A stretch of DNA of 16,001 bases from positions 1 to 16,001 of the forward strand of contig CAJWCD010000086.1 of NCBI GenBank assembly GCA_913020725.1, in the 5' to 3' direction. Every line of letters starts with the position of its first letter. The stretch's first letter is position 1. Shown here in pieces: positions 1 through 8,114 of the stretch. Both the position numbers and the translations under genes were made by a program. Origin of the DNA: an uncultured Pseudomonadota bacterium (GTDB lineage Bacteria; SAR324; NAC60-12). Below the pieces are notes generated by a model. That model was not told where the DNA came from. It was given only the letters and a program-made list of their open reading frames with translations, and searched no databases.

Positions 1-2
1 AT

Positions 3-719
3 TTTGTGGTTGAATTTCTGGAACATTTAACTGAAAAAATAATCGTTCCCTGGTGTGAACGGTTAGTGCAAAAATTTCCAAATATCTGGCTCGATCTTTC
101 TGATGCTTCGGGCTCTCCTTTATTCATCAGTCCAAATATTGTTCAACAAATCGCGGCTTGTCCTGTACTTCGAATGATTCAGGAATTTCCTTGGGGAAAT
201 CGGGTGTTTGTTGCCAACTATCGAGGTGATATGACTACAAAAACCTCCCACGTGGAAGGGCGTCGGGGAACAGGGCGGCGCAATCGTCGAGGACAACAAA
301 CCGATCCAGAAACAAGCAGCACTCAATCCTCAACTAATGCTCTGAACGAATTGATTGATTTCAAACTGAGTCTCTGTACTGAGTTCATCATCAAACTGGA
401 TGCCGACCAATCTCCGATTACCGTCTACGTGGAACAGGCACTTGACCGCCAAAAACCGCTCTATCTTGGCATCGGCGCAACCCGCATTGACCACAACAGC
501 ATTGCAAATCGTGAAGTCGCAAAAAAAGAACTTGAAAAGCTGGCAACTGAATCCGCAAAGGGAATTAAAACCGTTTCCGAATTTCTCATCAAAAACGGAC
601 AACCACGCTCGAACCTTTCTTGGCCGGGGGATGTGTACATAGAAGACATCAATGCGGAATCCGAGTTTGGTTTGGTGAACACTATCATTGAGACGGTAGC
701 AAAACATGGAAAGGTATGA
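3..719 (+). CDS. Hypothetical protein, probably 5'-truncated by the window edge; weak resemblance to the C-terminal half of URO-D/MtaA-CmuA (uroporphyrinogen decarboxylase-like TIM barrel) proteins
   Basis: The frame is open back to the window start (GTG at 6, TTT at 3-5). 'FLEHLTEKIIVPW...LSDASGSPLFISPNIVQQIAACP' resembles the URO-D/MtaA 'D..aS..liSP..f.ef..Py' segment. The C-terminal 'WPGDVY...NTIIETVAKHG' resembles the family's 'spGc.i.....eNi.a.ve.v.kyG' ending. Family call is by eye only. Confidence 0.4.
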   Translation, partial: FVVEFLEHLTEKIIVPWCERLVQKFPNIWLDLSDASGSPLFISPNIVQQIAACPVLRMIQEFPWGNRVFVANYRGDMTTKTSHVEGRRGTGRRNRRGQQTDPETSSTQSSTNALNELIDFKLSLCTEFIIKLDADQSPITVYVEQALDRQKPLYLGIGATRIDHNSIANREVAKKELEKLATESAKGIKTVSEFLIKNGQPRSNLSWPGDVYIEDINAESEFGLVNTIIETVAKHGKV

Positions 720-834
720 GCTTGGATCTTCCAATAATATAGCTGAAGAAGATTGCCACTTGCATATAGTGAGCGATTCTCGAACGAAAAATACCTGACA
801 CTGTGGCAGCGTGGGTTTTCGCCTCTTCGTCTTG

Positions 835-884
835 CCCGCGAAGGGCAGCAGAACGAAACCTGCTGCTCCCAAGGACTTCGTGGG
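835..884. other. Extended GC-rich stem-loop in the intergenic region
   Basis: CCCGCGAAG (835-843) pairs with CTTCGTGGG (876-884, one G-U). It encloses GGCAGCAG (844-851) paired with CTGCTGCT (860-867), with an 8-nt loop and an 8-nt bulge. Confidence 0.5.
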
Positions 885-1022
885 TTCGAACCGTGATCAT
901 TTTAACCGTACAGTTTCTCATACGAAGGACTCCGGGAGCGTCTGGGAGTGTGAATCGAGCTGGAAAACTCCCCAGCTTTTGAAGCCATCGGAAGCCGTCC
1001 AGTACTTTTCTGGAGAAAAGAC

Positions 1023-1050
1023 TTTACACTTCTGTGGTGATGTATATAAT
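1023..1050 (+). promoter_or_regulatory. Sigma70-type promoter for the transporter/iol operon
   Basis: TTTACA (1023-1028), a 16-nt spacer, and a perfect TATAAT (1045-1050), about 100 nt upstream of the binding-protein ATG. Confidence 0.65.
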
Positions 1051-1083
1051 TTCACTGTCGCTAGTAGTGAAATATTTATTTCA
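1049..1083. promoter_or_regulatory. Overlapping palindromes at the predicted transcription start; candidate repressor operator
   Basis: ATTTCACT-N9-AGTGAAAT (1049-1073) and TGAAAT-ATTT-ATTTCA (1068-1083) lie directly downstream of the -10 box. Confidence 0.5.
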
Positions 1084-1152
1084 TTCTGGTGCGGGAGCGA
1101 TTCCGGGAGGTCCGGAACCGATTTTCTTAATCTTTCATTTTGGAGATGAACG

Positions 1153-2061
1153 ATGAAAAAACGATTAGTAACTGCTTTCATGGCAGTCGCAATGCTGGCA
1201 GGCACGGCTTTCGCTGAGCGCTTTGTCATGATCACCCACACACAGGGGACGGATCCTTTTTGGCCAGTGGTCCAAAAGGGAGGTGAAGATGCGGCAAGAG
1301 CCGTCGGTTCGAGATTTGATTATCTGTATGCCCCCTCAGGGGACATGTCCGATATGGCGAAGTTGATTGCTGATTCCGCCGCGACCCAACCTGACGGGAT
1401 GGTCATTTCACTGCCCGATGCCGATGCGCTGGGACCAGCAATCAAAGCCGCCGTGGCCAGTGGAATTCCGGTGATCACCATGAATTCCGGGCTGGAGTCT
1501 TCGGCGAGTCTGGGGGCGTTGATGCATGTGGGGCAACCCGAAAAGCTGGCCGGGCAAAAAGCCGGGGAACGTGCGAAATCGGAAGGTGCCACAAACGCAT
1601 TGTGCCTGAATCAGGAAGCCTTCAACACGGCTCTGGTTGACCGCTGCGACGGTTACGCCTCGTCGGTCAAAACCAGGATGATTGACGTATCGAATGACGT
1701 GGCGCAAATTCAGGCGCGTACTGCGGCTGCCCTTCAGGCGGATCCCTCCATCGATGCGCTCCTCGCGGCAGGCCCCCATGTCTGTGACGCGGCGGCCAAG
1801 GCTGTGGATGATGTGGGCGCGAGCGTCCACCTGTCCTGCTTTGATCTGTCTCCGGCGGTCATGGACCTGATCAAAAGCGGCAAAGTCCAATACACCATTG
1901 ATCAGCAGCAGCGTCTACAGGGCTACATACCGATTATCGTTCTGCACCTGTACAATCAAAATGCGGGCTTGCTTCCGGGAGCGAACATCCCCTCCGGGCC
2001 TGGGTTTGTTGACAAATCAAACGCCTCCGCCGTTGCTTCTCAAGCCGGCATCAACCGCTAA
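1153..2061 (+). CDS. Sugar (probably inositol) ABC transporter substrate-binding protein, periplasmic binding protein type 1
   Basis: GGAG RBS at 1142-1145. Sec signal peptide MKKRLVTAFMAVAMLAGTAFA. Motifs 'DPFWPVVQKG', 'GIPVITMNSG' and 'YTIDQQQRLQGY' are typical of RbsB/IbpA-like proteins. First gene of an iol cluster. Confidence 0.9.
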   Translation: MKKRLVTAFMAVAMLAGTAFAERFVMITHTQGTDPFWPVVQKGGEDAARAVGSRFDYLYAPSGDMSDMAKLIADSAATQPDGMVISLPDADALGPAIKAAVASGIPVITMNSGLESSASLGALMHVGQPEKLAGQKAGERAKSEGATNALCLNQEAFNTALVDRCDGYASSVKTRMIDVSNDVAQIQARTAAALQADPSIDALLAAGPHVCDAAAKAVDDVGASVHLSCFDLSPAVMDLIKSGKVQYTIDQQQRLQGYIPIIVLHLYNQNAGLLPGANIPSGPGFVDKSNASAVASQAGINR

Positions 2062-2075
2062 ATAACCCACCCTTC

Positions 2076-2102
2076 TGGAGGAGTTCTGTTCGGGCTCCTC
2101 CA
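2076..2102 (+). other. Stem-loop between the binding-protein and permease genes (likely mRNA-stabilising or attenuating hairpin)
   Basis: TGGAGGAG (2076-2083) pairs perfectly with CTCCTCCA (2095-2102), extended by TTC/GGG pairs. No U-tract follows. This position is typical in ABC operons. Confidence 0.6.
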
Positions 2103-2124
2103 CACCGCTGTGAAAAGGAACAGG

Positions 2125-3741
2125 ATGCCTGGTCAAGCAGACCATCCGGAGCCTCCAGACCTTCCCTCCCCTAAAACCGAAGCAGACAGGCAGATCCGCA
2201 AGAACAAATTCGCGGCTCTGTTCCAGCATCCGGAGATTGGTCCATTAGGGGTCATGCTCCTGCTGTTGTTGGCTCTTGGTTTTTTCTCGATTCCAGAAAG
2301 TGCAGACACGCTGAACCCGTTTAAGGGCGCGGGTTTAAACGCGCTTGGGATTCGCAACAACACCAGACTCATTGCTCAGCTGGGAATCATTGCAATCGGA
2401 GCGGGAATGCTCATCATTTCCGGGGAATTCGATCTTTCCATTGGTTCAATGGTTGGTTTTTCCGGCATGTGCATGGCCATCATTTTGAAGTGGGGATTTC
2501 ACATCTCTGTGCCGATTCTGAGCAGCACTCCAGAGGGTTTGGGGTTTGAATGGGTCCGGATCTTCAGCATTGACCATGCTGATCCTTGGATGGCATTAGG
2601 AATCACCCTTTGCTTTACCCTCTTCTTTGGCTGGTTGATCGGCTTTATTGTGGTCAAAACCGGGATGGCGTCGTTCATTGTTTCTCTATCTTTTCTGTTT
2701 TTTTTACGCGGACTGACGGAAGTCTGCTACAGAGCCTTCAACAAAGCACCGGACCAGACTTCCGGATCAACTCAGGTTTCAGGGCTTCCGGATATAAAAA
2801 ACATCGTGGAACTACCGGGCTATGGAGAAATCGAACGATCCAAGGTCGCAGTTTTACCCGAAGCTGAGATCCAAAAAATCTACAATTCATTATCCCCTGA
2901 AGAAGTTAGCTCCTTTTCCGAGAAAATCAGTTATTCAAATTTCATGATGGCTGAAAATAAAACGCGAATGGTTCACCAAAAAACACTGGAAAGTTTGGGT
3001 CGTGATATTGAACATGCCCAGCAAAGCGGAAATACCCAGCTTTTGGAAACACTCCAGACCCGACTGGCAGAACATGCGAACCCGGTCCCTATTCCTCCGC
3101 CACCTGTCCGGGAACTGGATGTTGTGAAAGAGTATGTAGAGACCCTGCCCTCCCTCAATCCGGTTGCTGATTTTTTAGGAGGCAACATTTTTCAAGGATT
3201 GTTCGACTGGTTTTATGAGATTGGCTGGAACATCAACAATTATGGAAGGCAGTTTGCCCCCGGACTTTACTCGTCCGTCTTGATCTGGGTCATAATCGCT
3301 CTCGTGGCGTATGTTGTTTTGAGCAAGACTCAAGCAGGCAACTGGATTTACTCCACTGGAGGCGACTTAAACGCAGCAAAGGCAAATGGAGTGCCGACCG
3401 GCAAGGTGAAGATCTCTCTGTTTGTGTTTTCCGCTTTTTGCGCAACGATGTTCGCAGCAACACAAGTCTTTGAAACCAACACCTCGGATGCCGCGAAAGG
3501 GAACTTGAAAGAGCTTGAGGCCATTGCCGCTGCGGTGATTGGAGGAGTCGTTTTGACCGGGGGGTTTGGTACGATTGCAGGCATTGTTCTGGGTGCGGTC
3601 ATTTTTGGGATTGCGAGAGAAGCTTTCTTCTACATTCCTTTCGTTGACGGGTCTTTTTACCGAGTGTTTCTGGGTTTCGTGCTTTTGACGGCTGCGTTGA
3701 CCAACGAGAATATCCGTAAACGAATCACCGGAGGAATCTGA
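2125..3741 (+). CDS. Sugar ABC transporter permease (RbsC/BPD_transp_2 type) with a large soluble insertion
   Basis: Motifs 'IISGEFDLSIGS', 'SFIVSL', 'IYSTGGDLNAAKANGVP' and 'ELEAIAAAVIGGVVLTGGFGT', with many hydrophobic helices. ATG 2125 is preferred over GTG 2110 because AAGGA (2115-2119) precedes it. The stop overlaps the next start (TGATG). Confidence 0.88.
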   Translation: MPGQADHPEPPDLPSPKTEADRQIRKNKFAALFQHPEIGPLGVMLLLLLALGFFSIPESADTLNPFKGAGLNALGIRNNTRLIAQLGIIAIGAGMLIISGEFDLSIGSMVGFSGMCMAIILKWGFHISVPILSSTPEGLGFEWVRIFSIDHADPWMALGITLCFTLFFGWLIGFIVVKTGMASFIVSLSFLFFLRGLTEVCYRAFNKAPDQTSGSTQVSGLPDIKNIVELPGYGEIERSKVAVLPEAEIQKIYNSLSPEEVSSFSEKISYSNFMMAENKTRMVHQKTLESLGRDIEHAQQSGNTQLLETLQTRLAEHANPVPIPPPPVRELDVVKEYVETLPSLNPVADFLGGNIFQGLFDWFYEIGWNINNYGRQFAPGLYSSVLIWVIIALVAYVVLSKTQAGNWIYSTGGDLNAAKANGVPTGKVKISLFVFSAFCATMFAATQVFETNTSDAAKGNLKELEAIAAAVIGGVVLTGGFGTIAGIVLGAVIFGIAREAFFYIPFVDGSFYRVFLGFVLLTAALTNENIRKRITGGI

Positions 3742-4523
3742 TGACTGAACCCAAATCCGTGGTGCAGGTTCAAGACATCGTCAAGAAATTTGGGAACTTC
3801 AATGCAATCAACGGTGTTTCCCTAGAGGTCTATTCAGGTGAGGTCCATGCCCTGTTGGGAGACAACGGCGCGGGGAAATCGACTCTCATCAAGATTTTGT
3901 CAGGAGTGTACCAGCCCACAAGTGGTGAAATTCGCGTTGAGGGACAACGTGTCCATTTCAACTCTCCCAGAGATGCCAGTGAAGTTGGCATTGGCACGGT
4001 TTATCAAGACCTCGCGCTTAATCATTTGACTTCGGTGACTAGGAATTTTTTTCTGGGACGGGAATTGGTGATCGGCGGCAGACCTTTCGGTCTCTTGAAA
4101 ATGAAAGAAATGAATGCCGTCACCATTCAGGAAATGGCGAAGATTGGGATTAATATCACCGATCCGGGACAAACGGTCGGCACCATGTCCGGTGGACAAA
4201 AGCAATCCTTGGCCATTGCAAGAGCCATCTACTTTGGTGCGAAGGTGCTGATTCTGGATGAACCGACCTCCGCATTGGGTCAGAAACAACAAATGGAGGT
4301 TCTGAAAACCATTAAGCGGGTAAAAAAACTGGGGAATATCGCCATCATCCTGATCACACACAATGAAGTCCACGCCCGCTTGATTGCAGATCGTTACACA
4401 TTCCTGAGCCTTGGGGAGGTGATTGGTCGGGGTTCCGCTGAAAATCTGGCTGGCGATGACATTAAACGCCTCATGGCAGGAGGAGCGGAAATCGGCAATC
4501 TCGAGAAGGAACTGGCTTTTTAA
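3741..4523 (+). CDS. Sugar ABC transporter ATP-binding protein (single NBD)
   Basis: Walker A GDNGAGKST, Q-loop VYQD, signature MSGGQKQ, Walker B LILDEPT, H-loop ITHN. Translationally coupled to the permease. Confidence 0.93.
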   Translation: MTEPKSVVQVQDIVKKFGNFNAINGVSLEVYSGEVHALLGDNGAGKSTLIKILSGVYQPTSGEIRVEGQRVHFNSPRDASEVGIGTVYQDLALNHLTSVTRNFFLGRELVIGGRPFGLLKMKEMNAVTIQEMAKIGINITDPGQTVGTMSGGQKQSLAIARAIYFGAKVLILDEPTSALGQKQQMEVLKTIKRVKKLGNIAIILITHNEVHARLIADRYTFLSLGEVIGRGSAENLAGDDIKRLMAGGAEIGNLEKELAF

Positions 4524-4624
4524 CCTCCGCAAGCGTTCGGCAAAACCCCTCGGACGGAAAAAATGAAAACCGCAACCGACTTGAGATACAACTTCACGAA
4601 ACCCGACAAAGGACAGTAGCTTTG

Positions 4625-5782
4625 ATGCAAGGCTACTTCTTCGATGCCGCCGACATTAACCTCTCGGAATTTACGGCACTCTGTTCACAGACGGTTCGCT
4701 TGGAAGACTATCGGTTTGCCGCAGAAATCCAACAGAAGCTAGTCGTCTATGAGGAGGATCGCATCCGGTCTGTGATCGGCACGCCGCAAGCCCGTGAGTT
4801 GAAAACGGAACTGCACCACTGTCTCAAGGAGGGGCCGGGAGTGTTCGCCATCCGTGGAGCGTGTCCGGACCTGAAGGCCGTTGATCGGGCAACGGAGGTC
4901 TTCCGGAAAATCATTGCGGAAGAAAAAGAACGCGTAGCACACCGGGGCGATCACTTTGCAAAGCCCGGAGACAATGAGCGCATTTGGAACGCTTTGCAGA
5001 AATTCTGCGAACGGGATCCAGAGGCATTCGTCGCCTACTACGACAACCCGGTGCTTTGCTTCGTGTCGGAGGCATGGTTGGGCCCGTCTTTCCAGATCAC
5101 TTCGCAAATCAATGTGGTCAAACCGGGGGGGCAAGCGCAAAACCCTCATCGGGATTACCATCTCGGATTTCAGGACGATGCCGTTGTTTCGCGTTTTCCG
5201 CTTTCTGTGCAGGTTGCGTCACAGTTTCTTACGCTTCAAGGGGCCGTGGCGCACACTGACATGAGTGTCGCGTCCGGACCGACGCTGCTGCTGCCGTTTT
5301 CCCAGCAATATCCATTGGGGTATCTGGCGTGGCGGAATCCGGAGTTCATCAAGTTTTTTCAGCAAAAGGCCGTGCAGTTTCCGTTAAACAAGGGCGATGC
5401 GGTGTTCTTCAGTCCGGCCCTGTTCCATGCGGCGGGAACCAACACGGAATCCGCAGACCGGGTTGCGAACCTCTTGCAGGTCTCCAGCGCCTTCGGCAAG
5501 GCGATGGAAACGGTGAACCGCCTCAAGATGACGAAGCTGGTCTATCCGGTCCTGCTGGCCAAGAAGCAGAACGGTCGGCTTCGATTCGACGAGCCGCGAA
5601 CTGTCGGGGCTTCCGTGACCGACGGCTACTCCTTTCCGACCAATCTTGATTCCGATCCGCCTATCGAAGGGTCCGCACCGGAAACCGTCCAGACTTTGCT
5701 TGAACGTGCGCTGAGTGAAGAATGGCCGGTTGAGCGTTTTCACCAGCATCTCAACGAAGCTGCGGAACGAAGACTTGCTTGA
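4625..5782 (+). CDS. Phytanoyl-CoA dioxygenase (PhyH)-family Fe(II)/2-oxoglutarate dioxygenase
   Basis: HxD motif in 'PGGQAQNPHRDYH' (His codon 5147). Distal His in 'GDAVFFSPALFHAAGTN' (codon 5426), followed by the Arg of 'ADR'. 'GPTLLLPFSQ' matches the PhyH G.l..lPgSH segment. Start is TTG 4622 or ATG 4625. Confidence 0.85.
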   Translation: MQGYFFDAADINLSEFTALCSQTVRLEDYRFAAEIQQKLVVYEEDRIRSVIGTPQARELKTELHHCLKEGPGVFAIRGACPDLKAVDRATEVFRKIIAEEKERVAHRGDHFAKPGDNERIWNALQKFCERDPEAFVAYYDNPVLCFVSEAWLGPSFQITSQINVVKPGGQAQNPHRDYHLGFQDDAVVSRFPLSVQVASQFLTLQGAVAHTDMSVASGPTLLLPFSQQYPLGYLAWRNPEFIKFFQQKAVQFPLNKGDAVFFSPALFHAAGTNTESADRVANLLQVSSAFGKAMETVNRLKMTKLVYPVLLAKKQNGRLRFDEPRTVGASVTDGYSFPTNLDSDPPIEGSAPETVQTLLERALSEEWPVERFHQHLNEAAERRLA

Positions 5783-5828
5783 ACCACACTCAAGATTCAC
5801 TGCGGTCCACTTGAAACACCCTGAAACC

Positions 5829-7757
5829 ATGCCCAGCACTTCCCGTCCGTTTGACCCCACCCGTGTTCTTGACCTCATCTGCATGGGGCGGGTGGCGGTG
5901 GATTTGTACGCCGAGCAGGTCTTCAGTCCGCTGGAAGATGCCCAGAGTTTCCGGAAGTACCTTGGCGGTTGCGCGGGCAACATCGCCGTAGGCACCTCCC
6001 GGCTGGGTTTGAAATCCGCGCTGTTCTCCTGCGTGGGAACTGACGATATGGGCAAGTTCCTGCGCAAGCAACTCCGGCACGAGGGTGTGGACACCACCTT
6101 GTTGCAGGACACGGACGACCACCTGACTGCCCTCGTCTTGCTTGGCGTCAGCCCGCCGGAGCGCTTCCCGTTGATCTTCTACCGTGAGAATTGCGCGGAC
6201 ATGCAGATCCAACCAGAACACGCCGATCCAGAGTATTTCAAGACCGCCAAAGCGCTGCAAATCACCGGAACCGGGCTTACCACTCCTGCAATGCGGGAGG
6301 CGAGTCGGCAGGCGGTCAAGGTCGCCAAGGAGTCCGGATGTGCCGTGATCCTCGACATTGATTATCGTCCGGTGTTGTGGGGTTTGACGGCAGCAGGGGA
6401 CGGAGAGTCGCGTTTTGTCGCGTCTGCAAGCGTCACAGGCGTACTGCAACCATTGCTGCCGGACCTCGACCTGATCATCGGCACCGAGGAGGAGGTGATG
6501 ATTGCCGGAGGGAAAGCAGCGTTGGAGGACTCCTTGGAGGCGATCCGGAAAATATCCGCAGCGACCATCGTCCTCAAGCGGGGAGCATTGGGCTGCGAGG
6601 TCTTCACTCCGGCAGCGGCTGAATCCATCAAAGCCCGTCCGTTTCCGATTGAGGTGCTGAACATCCTTGGGGCGGGAGATGCGTTTGCGTCCGGATTCCT
6701 GCGCGGCTGGCTGCGGGGTGAACGCCTCGAAACCTGCGCACTTTGGGGCAATGCCAACGGAGCCTTGACCGTGACTCGACATGGCTGTTCCCCTGCAATG
6801 GCCTCGTTTACGGAGTTGCAACATTTGATCGAAAATTTCGACCGAGACCCCAAGGTGCTTGCCAGCCCAAGCTTGTTGCGGTTGCACCAGCGCACCGTGC
6901 TGGGGATGCCCCGCAACCAACCCCTGAAAGTGCTGGCCTTCGATCACCGGAGGCTGTTTGAGGAGTCGTGTTCCTTGCAAGAAATTTCGACCACGCAAAT
7001 CAGCAAGTTCAAGCAGTTGGTGTTTGAGGGCTTCAAGCAGGTCAACAAAGAAAATCCGGAAGAAGCTCTGGCCTTGCTCGTGGATCCAGAATTTGGTGGT
7101 TCGATTCTTCAGGAATCCGCCTACGGAGGCTACCATGTGGGAATGCCCATCGAGCGTTCCGGATCGTTTCCTGTCGAGTGGCTGACGGAGAAGAATCTGT
7201 ACGAGTACCTTGTGCAGTGCCCCAGCACTTGGTTTGTGAAGGTGCTGTGGAATTACCACCCGCATTTGGAAGCAACACATAAGCTCGAACAACTGGCCCG
7301 GCTCCGGAAGTTGCAGTCGGTTTGTGACGCGCTGGAACGGCGTTTGATGCTGGAGATGATCCTGCCGGAGGGGCTGCGCAAGGATGGGGGCATGCTCGCG
7401 AAAGCTATCGAAGAGGTTTACGAACATCAGCTTTTCCCCCACTGGTGGAAGCTCAACCCCACCGACACTCAAGCGGAATGGGATCAGTTCACGGCAATGT
7501 TGGACCGTTACGATCCGGAAGTCGGGGTGATCGTGCTAGGAAACAATGCCCCGCTCAAGCAGTTCGAGCAGTGGTTCCGGATCGTCCGCAGCACCCCGCA
7601 CGCTTGCGGCTTTGCCATCGGACGCAGCATTTTCTGGGAGCCGTGGCTGGATTTTTCTTCCGGAACGGTGGAGGCTCAGGCAATTCCGGGATTGATCGCC
7701 GAACGCTATCAGCAGATGATTGATTTGTGGCAGCATTCCCAAACGCCTCCTGCTTGA
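5829..7757 (+). CDS. iolC: Bifunctional 5-dehydro-2-deoxygluconokinase (PfkB) with C-terminal DUF2090 aldolase-like domain
   Basis: 'LDLICMGRVAVDLY', 'FRKYLGGCAGNIAVGTSRLGL', 'LDIDYRPVLWGL' and the PfkB 'GAGDAF'. The C-domain has 'VLAFDHR', 'WWKL' and 'GFAIGRSIF'. ATG 5829 chosen because 5715 overlaps the PhyH gene. Confidence 0.93.
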   Translation: MPSTSRPFDPTRVLDLICMGRVAVDLYAEQVFSPLEDAQSFRKYLGGCAGNIAVGTSRLGLKSALFSCVGTDDMGKFLRKQLRHEGVDTTLLQDTDDHLTALVLLGVSPPERFPLIFYRENCADMQIQPEHADPEYFKTAKALQITGTGLTTPAMREASRQAVKVAKESGCAVILDIDYRPVLWGLTAAGDGESRFVASASVTGVLQPLLPDLDLIIGTEEEVMIAGGKAALEDSLEAIRKISAATIVLKRGALGCEVFTPAAAESIKARPFPIEVLNILGAGDAFASGFLRGWLRGERLETCALWGNANGALTVTRHGCSPAMASFTELQHLIENFDRDPKVLASPSLLRLHQRTVLGMPRNQPLKVLAFDHRRLFEESCSLQEISTTQISKFKQLVFEGFKQVNKENPEEALALLVDPEFGGSILQESAYGGYHVGMPIERSGSFPVEWLTEKNLYEYLVQCPSTWFVKVLWNYHPHLEATHKLEQLARLRKLQSVCDALERRLMLEMILPEGLRKDGGMLAKAIEEVYEHQLFPHWWKLNPTDTQAEWDQFTAMLDRYDPEVGVIVLGNNAPLKQFEQWFRIVRSTPHACGFAIGRSIFWEPWLDFSSGTVEAQAIPGLIAERYQQMIDLWQHSQTPPA

Positions 7758-7758
7758 G

Positions 7759-7778
7759 TTTGTTAACAAATGCGTTAA
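7759..7778. promoter_or_regulatory. Palindromic operator candidate of the downstream TA module
   Basis: TTTGTTAACAAA (7759-7770) overlaps TTAAC-N6-GTTAA (7763-7778), ending 1 nt before the toxin ATG at 7780. Confidence 0.6.
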
Positions 7779-7779
7779 T

Positions 7780-8114
7780 ATGAGGAAGTGGGAATTCACG
7801 TTTTACAGCAAGTAGCTTGAGGAGGAACTGCTCTCGCTTCCCAAGAGAGTACTTGCGCGGCGGCTGCGTTTTCTGGACCGGATGCAAATCTATGCTCCTG
7901 ACTTGGGAATGCCTCACACCCGTGCAATGGGAGACGGGTTGTTTGAGTTGCAAATCAAGTCACAGGAAAGAGCCGAGCGTATTTTTTACTGCACATTGTC
8001 AGGAAAGCGTGTGCTGCTACTGCACCACTTCGCCAAAAAACACAGAAAACACTGATGCGTGAATTAACAAAAGCCCGGCAGCGTTTGAAGGAGGCCAAAA
8101 ATGCTGACGTCTGA
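7780..8114 (+). pseudogene. Disrupted RelE/ParE-superfamily toxin (Gp49/DUF891, HigB-like)
   Basis: Manual translation: MRKWEFTFYSK*LEEELLSLPKRVLARRLRFLDRMQIYAPDLGMPHTRAMGDGLFELQIKSQERAERIFYCTLSGKRVLLLHHFAKK / TQKTLMRELTKARQRLKEAKNADV*. In-frame TAG at 7813-7815. One added A in the A6 run (8035-8040) restores the family 'KKTQKT' motif. Confidence 0.88.

Noticed and set aside
879..896. GGTTCGAACC resembling a tRNA T-loop
   Set aside because: No full T-stem, acceptor stem or cloverleaf can be built on either strand.
1101..1120. AGGTCCGGAA resembling the SRP RNA domain IV core
   Set aside because: The following GGAAGCAG and the long SRP helix are absent; it is better read as a simple 5'UTR hairpin.
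811..1149. 112-aa + strand ORF in the intergenic region
   Set aside because: No RBS or motifs, and it runs across the hairpins, promoter and operator candidates.
5715..5828. Longer N-terminal starts in the ORF track for iolC (5715), iolE (11371), hicB (13625) and the dehydratase (14028)
   Set aside because: The extensions overlap neighbouring genes or the TA scar's upstream region and lack family similarity; downstream ATGs fit better.
5790..7472. 560-aa minus-strand ORF, and similar long antisense ORFs at 11410-12312, 12351-13418 and 3900-4532
   Set aside because: They are antisense shadows of well-supported genes, expected from codon bias, and show no recognisable motifs.
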